Assembly (NCBI GenBank): GCA_044225505.1 | Contig: JBGAIN010000091.1 | Coordinates: 1-32,669 of the forward strand | DNA length: 32,669 bases | Reading direction: 5' to 3' | Origin: Limisphaerales bacterium | GTDB taxonomy: Bacteria; Verrucomicrobiota; Verrucomicrobiia; Limisphaerales; SIBE01 | Shown: piece after piece, positions 18,398 to 27,394 of the stretch | Numbering within the stretch: position 1 is the stretch's first letter | Layout of the letters: each line of letters begins with the position of its first letter | Translations under genes and position numbers: made by a program | The notes under the pieces: generated by a model | What the model saw: only the letters and a program-made list of their open reading frames with translations | What the model was told of the DNA's origin: nothing | Databases searched by the model: none

Positions 18398-19555
18398 TTA
18401 TTTTTTCTCAATGAGTCTTCGAAATTCATCGAATAGTAGGGTCGAATCGTGAGGTCCTGGGGAGGCTTCAGGGTGATATTGGACACAGTAAACTGGCTTA
18501 TGCTTGTGCCGCATCCCTTCCACCGTCTGATCATTTAGATTGATTCGGTTGACGCTAACCTCAGGTGGCAATGACGCTGGGTCGACGGCGAAGCCATGAT
18601 TCTGCGATGTAATCTCCACTCGACCTGTCTCCAAATCCTTCACCGGTTGATTGGCGCCGCGGTGTCCAAATTTCAGCTTGAACGTCCGGCCTCCAAGCGC
18701 GAGACCGAGGATCTGATGACCCAAGCAGATTCCAAACATCGGAATCCCAGTTTTAACCAGGTCGCTTACGGCGCGAATCGCGTAATCGAGCGGCGCAGGG
18801 TCTCCCGGCCCGTTGGAGAGAAAAATGCCAGCGGGTTTATACTTTAGTGCTTCGGAAGCGGGCGTTGTGGCGGGAACCACTTGGACTTTAAAACCTCGCT
18901 GACGAAGGCGCCGCAGAATGTTGTATTTCATTCCAAAATCGTAGGCCACGATCGGAATGTCTGCAGGTGGCAAAGGATCTCTCACTTGCCGGGCATCCGT
19001 TGATCCTGCGCCGCGCACGAGGTTGAAACTGCCGCTTTGTTCGTCCGTCGAATCCCAGGCAAAGCTTTCTCGGTGTGTGACTTCACGCACATAATCGACG
19101 CCCATCAGGCCAGGCCATCGGCGAGCTCGTTCTAAAGCTTCCTCTTCAGAAAGGTCTTCCGTAGTCAAAAAGCCATTCAACGCACCTCGCACTCGGAGTT
19201 TTTTTGTAAGGGCGCGAGTGTCGATCCCTTCCAGGGCGGGAACACCATTTTGCTCCAAGTAGGTGGCAAGCGAAAGGTCGGCGCGCCAATTACTAACCAC
19301 AGGAGAGAGTTCGCGCACGACAAACCCTGAAACATGCGGCCGCCACGATTCAACGTCCTGGAGGTTGACCCCGTAATTGCCAATGAGTGGGTAAGTCATG
19401 GTGACGATCTGCCCTTTGTAGGACGGGTCGGTCAGGATTTCTTGATACCCGGTCATCGAGGTGTTGAAGCAGACCTCGCCGCAGGCAGAAGTTCGCGCAC
19501 CAAATGCCCTTCCGCGGAACAGCGTGCCGTCTTCAAGCGCCAAAATTGCCTTCAT
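18398..19555 (-). CDS. carA: Carbamoyl-phosphate synthase small subunit
   Basis: [47 protein letters not shown]. Confidence 0.97.
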   Translation of the reverse strand: MKAILALEDGTLFRGRAFGARTSACGEVCFNTSMTGYQEILTDPSYKGQIVTMTYPLIGNYGVNLQDVESWRPHVSGFVVRELSPVVSNWRADLSLATYLEQNGVPALEGIDTRALTKKLRVRGALNGFLTTEDLSEEEALERARRWPGLMGVDYVREVTHRESFAWDSTDEQSGSFNLVRGAGSTDARQVRDPLPPADIPIVAYDFGMKYNILRRLRQRGFKVQVVPATTPASEALKYKPAGIFLSNGPGDPAPLDYAIRAVSDLVKTGIPMFGICLGHQILGLALGGRTFKLKFGHRGANQPVKDLETGRVEITSQNHGFAVDPASLPPEVSVNRINLNDQTVEGMRHKHKPVYCVQYHPEASPGPHDSTLLFDEFRRLIEKK

Positions 19556-19576
19556 GCAAAAACAAGTTGCTGCGGG

Positions 19577-19604
19577 ATGCTACGTTGACCGCTCCAAGTA
19601 GCAA
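19577..19604 (-). promoter_or_regulatory. Putative sigma70 promoter of carA
   Basis: TTGCTA-N16-TAGCAT immediately downstream of the upstream gene's terminator. Confidence 0.45.
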
Positions 19605-19612
19605 GATTTAAC

Positions 19613-19639
19613 AAAAAGGCGCGGCTGAAAGCCGCGCCT
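19613..19639 (-). terminator. Rho-independent terminator after the thioredoxin-like gene
   Basis: Perfect 10-bp stem AGGCGCGGCT/AGCCGCGCCT (19617-19639) ending in a T run on the minus strand. Confidence 0.85.
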
Positions 19640-19669
19640 GGGAAAGACGAGCAGTTGTCAGCAGGAGCG

Positions 19670-20110
19670 TTACGGCTTAATCTTCTTGAGCTTGGCGACA
19701 AACTCCGCCGCGCTCTCCCCGCTGTAACCAACGTCTTTGCTCAATTGTTTGCCGGTGTTGTCCAGGACGACTACCGTCGGAAAGCCTTCGATCTTAAACT
19801 TCTTAGCCAGAGCTTCGTTGGCCTTCTGTTGCTCCGGAGCGAGTTTCTTTGTGTGCGGAAAGTCCACGACAACCAGCACGAGGTTCTCCTTTGCATAATC
19901 GTTAAATTCCTTGGAGGCTAAAACGTTTTTGTGCAGTGCTTTACAGGGTGGGCACCAATCTGAGCCGGTGAAATCCATCAAAACCAGCTTCTTTTCTTCC
20001 TTCGCGGTGGTTTGGGCTTTTGCGAAGTCAGTCAGCCAATTGCCTTCCCCTGCCATTGTTGCCGGCACCAAGGCCAGGGCAGCCAGCAAGCCCAATGCGA
20101 ATATTTTCAT
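19670..20110 (-). CDS. Exported thioredoxin-family (disulfide oxidoreductase) protein
   Basis: Signal peptide MKIFALGLLAALALVPATMA; DFTGSDWCPPC active site; cis-Pro GFPT. Confidence 0.9.
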   Translation of the reverse strand: MKIFALGLLAALALVPATMAGEGNWLTDFAKAQTTAKEEKKLVLMDFTGSDWCPPCKALHKNVLASKEFNDYAKENLVLVVVDFPHTKKLAPEQQKANEALAKKFKIEGFPTVVVLDNTGKQLSKDVGYSGESAAEFVAKLKKIKP

Positions 20111-20114
20111 AAAT

Positions 20115-21545
20115 TTATACGCGTTCCGCGGGAACACTCGAGTGTTGTGGTTTCAACCGTTGTTGCACCTTACGTCCAAATTGCTCATCCTGCCACACTA
20201 TTTTTCCTGCCACCACAGTCAGCATCGCTTTGCCTTTCAGGGGCCAACCGAAGAATGGGGAGTTGCGTGATTTGCTCGCGGAACCGGCGCGAGAGTAACT
20301 CCATTCATGGTTCGGATCGAAGACGGAGATGTCGGCATCTGCGCCCACATGCAACGAGCCCTTTTCCAATCCGAGCAGGCCCGCTGGACCCGTTGTGAAC
20401 TTGGCAATGAGTTGCGGCAAGTCCAATCGCTTCGTGTGGTAAAGTTGCATCAAGGAAAGTGCCAGCTCTGTTTCTAACCCAGTGATTCCGAAGGGCGCAT
20501 AGTCAAATTCCACTTCCTTCTCGTAAACGCAGTGAGGCGCGTGATCACTCCCTAGAATTTCCAAAGTGCCGTCACAAATTCCGTCAAGAATGGCTTCCCG
20601 ATCACGTGCCGATCCCAGGGGCGGGGTCATTTTTAGACTGGTGTCATAAGGTGGCCAAGAAGGCGGCTCAGCTGAAGACTCCTGAAGGAGCGATTTTCCG
20701 TCGCCGCGCCAAAACGTGTCGCTTCCTGCGACCGCGGCGTCCGTCAGTGTGAAATGGTGTGGGCAAGCTTCTCCGGAGATTGGAACTCCGCGGCGTTTAG
20801 CCTCGCGCAACATCCTGACGCTTCCGGCCGAACTCAAGTGCTGGCAGTGCACCCGCGTGCCAGTTAGTTCGGCGAGGATGATATTGCGGCCAACGATCAA
20901 CTCCTCGGCTAACGACGGCCACCCGTGCAACCCAAGGGAGGTGCTCCAATATCCTTCGTGCATCACTCCGTCCGTGGCGGCCGTATAATCCTGGCAATGG
21001 TCCAGGACGGGCAAATTGAACATATGCGCATATTCCAGCGCACGTCGCATAAGATCGTGGTTCTGAACACAGCGCCCGTCGTCCGTGATAGCTACCACGC
21101 CCGCATTTCGCAACGAGCCAATGGGCGCAAGTTCTTCCCCAGCCAACCCTTTTGTTATCGCCCCGGTCACGAAGACGTTAACCATCCCTTCGCGCTTGGC
21201 CTTCTCCCGGATTAGAATTACCGTGCCTGAATTATCGATGGGAGGTGCTGTGTTTGGCATGCAAACCACTGAGGTAAAACCTCCTCGGGCTGCGGCCGCA
21301 GTTCCGCTGGCGATCGTTTCTTTGGCCGATTGACCAGGTTCTCTCAAATGGACGTGGGAATCGATAAGGCCTGGGCAGATGACTAGCCCGCGAACGTCTA
21401 ATTCTGCGGTTTCCGCATCCGCGCTTTCGGCAGCCAAAGGCCCAACGGCTGCAATCTTGCCCGCGACGACTAACAGGTCCGCGATGGCATCAATACGGTT
21501 CGCAGGATCGATCAGGCGCCCGCCCGCGAGCAATAATGCGTTCAT
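20115..21545 (-). CDS. pyrC: Dihydroorotase (type I, amidohydrolase superfamily)
   Basis: DSHVHLREPG, MPNT, TDDG, CQHLSS, EACPHHF, SDHAPH, APFGITGLET. Confidence 0.92.
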   Translation of the reverse strand: MNALLLAGGRLIDPANRIDAIADLLVVAGKIAAVGPLAAESADAETAELDVRGLVICPGLIDSHVHLREPGQSAKETIASGTAAAARGGFTSVVCMPNTAPPIDNSGTVILIREKAKREGMVNVFVTGAITKGLAGEELAPIGSLRNAGVVAITDDGRCVQNHDLMRRALEYAHMFNLPVLDHCQDYTAATDGVMHEGYWSTSLGLHGWPSLAEELIVGRNIILAELTGTRVHCQHLSSAGSVRMLREAKRRGVPISGEACPHHFTLTDAAVAGSDTFWRGDGKSLLQESSAEPPSWPPYDTSLKMTPPLGSARDREAILDGICDGTLEILGSDHAPHCVYEKEVEFDYAPFGITGLETELALSLMQLYHTKRLDLPQLIAKFTTGPAGLLGLEKGSLHVGADADISVFDPNHEWSYSRAGSASKSRNSPFFGWPLKGKAMLTVVAGKIVWQDEQFGRKVQQRLKPQHSSVPAERV

Positions 21546-21555
21546 TTAAAGCCGC

Positions 21556-21599
21556 ATTGTACGGACGCGGATTGACAACGCAAGCATCCTAGTTAGAGT
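21556..21599. promoter_or_regulatory. Overlapping divergent promoters for pyrC and tRNA-Gly
   Basis: Minus: TTGCGT(21583-21578)-N16-TACAAT(21561-21556). Plus: TTGACA(21572-21577)-N16-TAGAGT(21594-21599). Confidence 0.6.
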
Positions 21600-21609
21600 G
21601 AGAGCCGAT

Positions 21610-21683
21610 GCGGGCGTAGTTCAATGGTAGAACGGAAGCCTTCCAAGCTTCACACGAGGGTTCGATTCCCTTCGCCCGCTCCA
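21610..21683 (+). tRNA. tRNA-Gly (anticodon TCC)
   Basis: GCGGGCG acceptor stem pairing with CGCCCGC, discriminator T and encoded CCA; anticodon arm GAAGC-ctTCCaa-GCTTC; T-loop GGTTCGATTCC; 74 nt. Confidence 0.97.
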
Positions 21684-21829
21684 TCTCATCTCGCCAAGGC
21701 TTGGAAAGCCGCGGTAGGCTTGTTGCCCAACGTTGTCTTCTTTATGCTCTTCTCCTCTTGAGCCTCCGTGATCCATCTCGAGTGACCGGAAACACTTCGA
21801 CCGGCCCTACTCGGAAAATTAGTGACGCC

Positions 21830-23086
21830 ATGACTCGAGTTCGCGAGCGCTGGCTGGCAGCGGTGTTGAACCGAGTCGATTCCTTCACAAAAGCTCCGGA
21901 GCGAGAAGGGGCTGTCCATCCCTCATGGTCACCGGGCGCCGCCCCGGTGCGAATTGCCATTGTGGGCTGTGGGTTTGTCGCGGACTTTTACACCCGGTGG
22001 TTGGCGGCGCACCCGGAGTTACGGTTGCTTGGAGTTGTCGATCGGGACGAAGTGCGCGCTGCTAAACTGGCTGGGCGCTGCAACGTGAGAGCCTATGGTT
22101 CCATGGCCGCAATGCTTGCCGATAAACAGGTTGAACTGGTGGTTAATCTCACCAACCCGGCCAGCCACTTCCTGATTTCGAAGGCGTGCCTGGAAGCAGG
22201 GAAACATCTGTATTCCGAAAAGCCGCTCGCTTTGAGCATGGCGCAGGCGGAGGAACTCGTCCATTTCGCCGGACAGCAGGGACTCCAGATTTCAGGAGCA
22301 CCTTGCAGCTTGCTTGGCGAAACGGCCCAAGCGTTGGGCCAGGCGCTCCGTGATGGTGATATTGGTCGGGTTCGGTTGGTTTACGCAGAGCTGGATGATG
22401 GCCCGATTCATCAGATGCGTCCTCAAGAATGGGCCAGCCCAGAAGGGACTCCCTGGCCCTGGCGGGATGAGTTTGCCGTAGGATGCACTTTGGAACACGC
22501 CGCTTACTACCTGACTTGGTTGGTGACTTTTTTCGGCGCCGCCGAATCGGTGACGGCGTTTTCATCCCTCCTCGTGCCGGAACGACTGCCGGATATTTTG
22601 CCGCATCGAGTGGCCCCGGATTTTGCCGTGGGTTGTATTCGCTTTCGATCGGGGGTTGTTGCACGTTTAACTTGCGGAACGGTCGGTCCGCATCATCATG
22701 GCCTCCAGATTGTTGGAGATAGAGGCATTCTTTCGATTGACGAGTGCTGGCATAATGCGACGCCAATTCGTTGGCGATGCCATTCCGAGTTGGGATTTCG
22801 TGCCGATACTTACTCGTGGCTCAGTCGGTACTGGCCCACACGGTTCCTCTTTGGACTGAACGGAAAGCGGCACTGGCGAAGTCCAAAGCCTGGTGGGCGC
22901 ATCGCCTTACGGCGCCATTATATGGACTATTTGCTCGGCGTTTCGGACTTGGCAGCGTCGATCCGGACTGGCCGTCGGCCCTGTTTATCGCCGAGTCTAT
23001 TGCTCCACGTGACGGAAATTGCCTTGGCGATGCACGAGTCGCTGAGTGGAGGCGAGCCCTACCGAATTAGGTCCACCTATCCGTAA
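21830..23086 (+). CDS. Gfo/Idh/MocA-family NAD(P)-dependent oxidoreductase
   Basis: RIAIVGCGFVA Rossmann motif, NLTNPASH, AGKHLYSEKPLA. Start uncertain (ORF open from 21701). Confidence 0.88.
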   Translation: MTRVRERWLAAVLNRVDSFTKAPEREGAVHPSWSPGAAPVRIAIVGCGFVADFYTRWLAAHPELRLLGVVDRDEVRAAKLAGRCNVRAYGSMAAMLADKQVELVVNLTNPASHFLISKACLEAGKHLYSEKPLALSMAQAEELVHFAGQQGLQISGAPCSLLGETAQALGQALRDGDIGRVRLVYAELDDGPIHQMRPQEWASPEGTPWPWRDEFAVGCTLEHAAYYLTWLVTFFGAAESVTAFSSLLVPERLPDILPHRVAPDFAVGCIRFRSGVVARLTCGTVGPHHHGLQIVGDRGILSIDECWHNATPIRWRCHSELGFRADTYSWLSRYWPTRFLFGLNGKRHWRSPKPGGRIALRRHYMDYLLGVSDLAASIRTGRRPCLSPSLLLHVTEIALAMHESLSGGEPYRIRSTYP

Positions 23087-23199
23087 GGCAGACCTGGCCT
23101 GTTTCCAATGCCGACGACCGGGCCCGTGGACGGAATCTTTTGCTGTCCCGTGCAGGGCGTTCCTTGACCGGCCAGCGAGGCAGCCCCTATGGTAAGTGG

Positions 23200-26100
23200 A
23201 TGATATCAGAGAAGGACCGTTGGGGGGTGGGCGTTGTCCTAATGGTCAGTCGATGGATGTGCCGTATCTCCGTTGCGATTATGTTGGCACTGTATTGGCC
23301 GCCCGATTCTCTCCAAGCGGCTTTTGAGATCCGGCCCGCCACGGTTCGCTATGACTCCAATGGTCGGATGTCATTCCAGTTCGATTCCGCGGGCCAACAG
23401 ATTTCGGAGCTTACCATCGAAACTGCGCCGACTCTCGGGAAGAGCATTTCCTGGTCTGAAGAAGCGGGAGCCAGCATCGAGATGGTCGCTGATGGCCTCT
23501 ATCAGGCCAGTCTGATCGTCCGCGACGGAAACCTGTTTTGTCGAGTCCGCCTCCGCGACTTGCCGCCCGCGCCGGCGCGAGTCTTGATCAACGAGGTCAT
23601 GACGGACAACGTGGCTTCGTTCGCCGATCTTGAAGGACGTTTTTGGGACTGGGTCGAACTCTACAATCCGAACGACGAGGCGGTTGATCTGGCTGGCTAT
23701 GCTCTCAGCGACGATCTCACGGTACCGGGAAAATGGCTCTTTCCGTCTGCGCTTATGCAACCGCACGGATTTCTCGTCGTCTATGCGTCGGACTTGAATC
23801 AAACCAACGCCGTGGCGGCATTGCATACCAACTTCAAACTCAAAGCGTCCGGTGAACTCTTGATTCTGAGCGATGCTGCCTTGCGAGAATTGGATCGGAT
23901 GGCCGTGCCCGCTCTCGGTTCGGATCAATCGATAGGGCGTGCTCCAGATGGGGCGGCGGATCTCCAGTTCTACACGCGAACCACCGCCAGCCCAGGGAAA
24001 GAAAATCTTGCGACTGGCGCAGGACCTGCCTTGGCCTCTCCAACGTTTGAGCCTGAAAGCGGGATTTTTGATTCGCCGATTTCAGTGCACCTTCAGGGAG
24101 CGGAGTCCAATCATGTGGTCCGATTTACTCTCGACGGGTCGGCACCATCTGTACAATCCCCAGTCTTCTCGACGAATCTGGTATTGACTGAATCCAGGGT
24201 GATCCGGGCGATGGCGTTTGGGCCTCGCGGAGAAACGAGCGCGTTGGAGTCGAGGAGTTACCTGATCGGGGTGCAGCATTCCCTGCCGATCGTGTCGATC
24301 GCGACCCCGGCGAGTCACCTCGCGTTTCGAGATGGCTACCTCTACGGGATGGGTTCGAAAGTCTTGTCCGCTCAGAACCAGGTGCTGCAGAACTATCCTT
24401 ATTCCGGTTCGAACGCATGGCAAGATCGGGAAGTTGAAATCGCCATCGAGTTTTTCGAAACAAACCGAACGGTTGCCTTCCGGCAGCGGGCGGGTATGAA
24501 AATCTTTGGTGGGTGGGGTTCTCGAGCTTATCCGCAGAAGTCGCTGGCACTCTTCGCGCGTCGGTCGTACGGGGCAGGCAAGTTCGCGCACCGCGTGTTT
24601 CCCGATCAGAACGTGGATCAGTTTGAGGCCTTGGTGTTGCGGAGTTCCGGCAACGACAATCAAGGGACGCAACAGACGCCGCCGCGGCCTCCCATTTCGG
24701 AATTCGGCCCCACGACCGATTATGGCAGCTATTTTGTGAACGGCCAGTTCACCCTGATGCGTGATGCGCTCATGCAGCGGTTGATTCAGGGAACCACGCT
24801 AGATACCCAAGCTTACCGTCCCGCGGTCGTTTATGTGAATGGTGAGTACTGGGGGTTATACAATCTCCGCGAAAAGCTGACCGAAGATTACCTGGTCGCG
24901 CACCACGATCTTGCGCCCGGCACCGTGGATCTGATTGAAGCCTATGGGACAGTCAATGCTGGAACCGGAAGCGTTTACACGCAGATGCGTCAGTATCTCT
25001 CCTCAAAGAACATGGCCGATCCAGCCAGTTACGCATTCGTGAGCGAGAATTTCTTAGATATCGACAACTTTATCGACTACCACCTGGCGGTCATTTACTT
25101 CCAGAACTTCGATATTGGCAACATCAAGTGTTGGCGTCCCCGGTCCGCGCGGGGTTTGTTCCGTTGGCTGGTTTTCGATCAGGATTATGGCTTCAACTTG
25201 TGGCCTCCTGAAGTGTATGTCCCCGCCATGGCTCGCGATTACTCGGCTTATGACAACATGTTCGACTTTTACACCGGCGGGACCGGGACGAGCACCGCCT
25301 GGCCAAACGCCGGCGGTCGGACCTTGTTGCTGCGAAGCCTGCTTAAGAACCCCCAGTTTAAGGAGAAGTTCATCCGTCGCTGCGCTGACCTGCTTAATAG
25401 CCTTTTTCGAGAGGAGCGCGTCGCACAAACAGCCCAGGAAATGGCGACGGTGATTCGTCCCGAAATATCCGATCACTTGAAGCGCTGGAGTTGGGCTGAG
25501 CTGACTCGGCGGGGATTTGGCAAACCGCATCAAGCGGAACATTTGCCTTTCACCCAGGCTACCTGGGAAACAAATATCACGACCCTTTCGAAATTTGGCC
25601 GTGAACGTCCCGCGAAGCTTCGTCAGGATTGCATAGAGCACTTTCAGCTCCGTGGCGGTTTAGGCACGCTGGAAGTTCAGACGGAACCGGCAGCGGCGGG
25701 ACGAATCGCGGTGAATTCGCTTGTGATCGACGCGTTCCCTTGGAATGGCGTCTATTTCGCCGACATTACCAACTCGCTCCAAGCTTCTCCAGTTCCTGGG
25801 TACCGATTCATCGAATGGTCCACCGTACACGGCGCGATCAACCAGCCCATCCTGTCGTACCAGGTCGCATCCGGCAAAACGAATCGAGTCGTCGCCCGTT
25901 TCGAAACGGCTGCAGCATCTCCGGCAGGGGAGTCGGCGCTCAAGGTTACCGAGATCCAGTATCATTCGGCGTCCGCCCAGGATTCCGGAGATTGGGTCGA
26001 ATTGTACAACGCCGGCGCGGCATCGGTGAATTTGAGCGGTTGGATTTTGCGTGATGGGTCCGATGACCATGCCTTCCTCTTGCCGCCCGTCGAACTCGCC

Positions 26101-26400
26101 CCGGGCGCCTCTCTGGTCGCCTGCCAAGATAAGTTTCGATTCCGCCTTTTTCATTCGGCGAGCGTTCCTGTTGCCGGGGATTTCGGATTCGGCCTGGACA
26201 ACAGCGGCGGCATGCTGCGCCTATTCCGGCCGGATGGGAGCGTGGCGGTTTCGATTCGCTACGACGATGAGGCCCCTTGGCCGTCTGGAGCGGATGGAAC
26301 TGGGTTTACCCTCCAACTCATCGCGCCAGAACTCGATCCGGCGCTGCCGACGTCATGGAAAGTGTCGACCGTCGCAGGCGGCACGCCGGGCCAGCTTTGA
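23200..26400 (+). CDS. Secreted CotH-kinase-family protein with two lamin-tail domains and an FN3-associated domain
   Basis: LTD motifs INEVMTDN...DWVELYN and TEIQYH...DWVELYN...GGTPG; VRFTLDGSAP; CotH motifs SRAYPQKSLAL, VYVNGEYWGLYNLREK, FRWLVFDQDYGF. Start 23200 or 23242. Confidence 0.85.
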   Translation: MISEKDRWGVGVVLMVSRWMCRISVAIMLALYWPPDSLQAAFEIRPATVRYDSNGRMSFQFDSAGQQISELTIETAPTLGKSISWSEEAGASIEMVADGLYQASLIVRDGNLFCRVRLRDLPPAPARVLINEVMTDNVASFADLEGRFWDWVELYNPNDEAVDLAGYALSDDLTVPGKWLFPSALMQPHGFLVVYASDLNQTNAVAALHTNFKLKASGELLILSDAALRELDRMAVPALGSDQSIGRAPDGAADLQFYTRTTASPGKENLATGAGPALASPTFEPESGIFDSPISVHLQGAESNHVVRFTLDGSAPSVQSPVFSTNLVLTESRVIRAMAFGPRGETSALESRSYLIGVQHSLPIVSIATPASHLAFRDGYLYGMGSKVLSAQNQVLQNYPYSGSNAWQDREVEIAIEFFETNRTVAFRQRAGMKIFGGWGSRAYPQKSLALFARRSYGAGKFAHRVFPDQNVDQFEALVLRSSGNDNQGTQQTPPRPPISEFGPTTDYGSYFVNGQFTLMRDALMQRLIQGTTLDTQAYRPAVVYVNGEYWGLYNLREKLTEDYLVAHHDLAPGTVDLIEAYGTVNAGTGSVYTQMRQYLSSKNMADPASYAFVSENFLDIDNFIDYHLAVIYFQNFDIGNIKCWRPRSARGLFRWLVFDQDYGFNLWPPEVYVPAMARDYSAYDNMFDFYTGGTGTSTAWPNAGGRTLLLRSLLKNPQFKEKFIRRCADLLNSLFREERVAQTAQEMATVIRPEISDHLKRWSWAELTRRGFGKPHQAEHLPFTQATWETNITTLSKFGRERPAKLRQDCIEHFQLRGGLGTLEVQTEPAAAGRIAVNSLVIDAFPWNGVYFADITNSLQASPVPGYRFIEWSTVHGAINQPILSYQVASGKTNRVVARFETAAASPAGESALKVTEIQYHSASAQDSGDWVELYNAGAASVNLSGWILRDGSDDHAFLLPPVELAPGASLVACQDKFRFRLFHSASVPVAGDFGFGLDNSGGMLRLFRPDGSVAVSIRYDDEAPWPSGADGTGFTLQLIAPELDPALPTSWKVSTVAGGTPGQL

Positions 26401-26434
26401 GGAAGTGAGGGTTTTCTCTTACAATGGCCGCCTG

Positions 26435-26719
26435 GCTAGTGTGGTGACCGCTAAGTCCTTATACTTTCGTTGTGATCAAAATGGGTCCTGACGAGGCGCG
26501 ACGACGGAGGATAGCCGCCGCGCTCTCTGACCGAGGAGCAACGAAGCCAGAACCCTTTTTTTGGCGCAACCCTTTGGGCGGCGGTTCTTTCGCGCGCCCG
26601 CCGCGTTCCTCGCTCGTTCTCCCGACCTGTCGGGACGGGTCTGCGCCTCGCTCGCGCCTTGCGGGCGCGCAAAAACCCTCGCCGCGAAAGTGCAAGGACT
26701 TAGCGGTCACCACACTAGC
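26435..26719. mobile_element. MITE-like non-autonomous element with 35-bp terminal inverted repeats
   Basis: 26435-26469 GCTAGTGTGGTGACCGCTAAGTCCTTatACTTTCG versus reverse complement of 26685-26719 GCTAGTGTGGTGACCGCTAAGTCCTTgcACTTTCG (33/35 identical). CTAG at both ends; no transposase; lies between convergent genes. Confidence 0.75.
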
Positions 26720-26758
26720 GCGAAGCGAATCCATGCGTGGTGGCACGGCCGAGCGCGC

Positions 26759-27394
26759 TCACATTCTCCGACGAATCTGCACAAATCCAGTCAGCAGTTT
26801 CAAAGTCAGAAGCGCGTTTACGATCCAGAGCAACATGTCCAAGCTTCCTCGCCAGCAGAACATGTTCACGGGAATCCAGGCGTAAATGAGGAACCGCGGT
26901 CGTACAAGCCAGGAGTAGGGGATGGCAAGCGCATTGCGCACCATCGCGAATATTACCACGACGCTGTAAGAAAACAGATAGAGCGCCCCCGACCAGATGC
27001 CAGCGTGACCGGCATGAATCAGGGCCACGGTCGTAAACGTGACCACCACCTGATCCGCCATCGTGTCGGTAAACGAGCCTCGGCTCGAGGCGCATCCTAT
27101 GTGGCGGGCGAGGGGACCATCCAGCCCGTCCAGGAGCACATGAGCTAGTAAACAACCGAAGGCCCACACCGGATACCCCCAGAGGAACAAAGGTGCAAAG
27201 GCAACCCCGGCCAATAAAGAGAGGAGAGTCAACTGATTTGGCACAACCTGAAGCTGCACCAAGAGACGCAGAAGCGGCCTCAACGATTTCCCGCGGATCT
27301 CCTGGGAACGTTGCATCCAGGCTTGCTCATCTTTCGAGTAGCACGTGACGGAGGGCTTGTCCTGGCTGGGCATGGTAAGAAGCAAATTAGACAA
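26759..27394 (-). CDS. CDP-alcohol phosphatidyltransferase family protein
   Basis: PNQLT and signature D-G-x2-A-R-x8-G-x3-D-x3-D (DGPLARHIGCASSRGSFTDTMAD); several TM helices. Confidence 0.9.
   Translation of the reverse strand: MSNLLLTMPSQDKPSVTCYSKDEQAWMQRSQEIRGKSLRPLLRLLVQLQVVPNQLTLLSLLAGVAFAPLFLWGYPVWAFGCLLAHVLLDGLDGPLARHIGCASSRGSFTDTMADQVVVTFTTVALIHAGHAGIWSGALYLFSYSVVVIFAMVRNALAIPYSWLVRPRFLIYAWIPVNMFCWRGSLDMLLWIVNALLTLKLLTGFVQIRRRM

Noticed and set aside
26451..26885. ORFs spanning the MITE (e.g. 26459-26746, 26472-26885) as a transposase
   Set aside because: Short, low-complexity, no DDE/HUH motifs; the shared 'ASVVTAKSL' peptide on both strands is just the translated inverted repeat.
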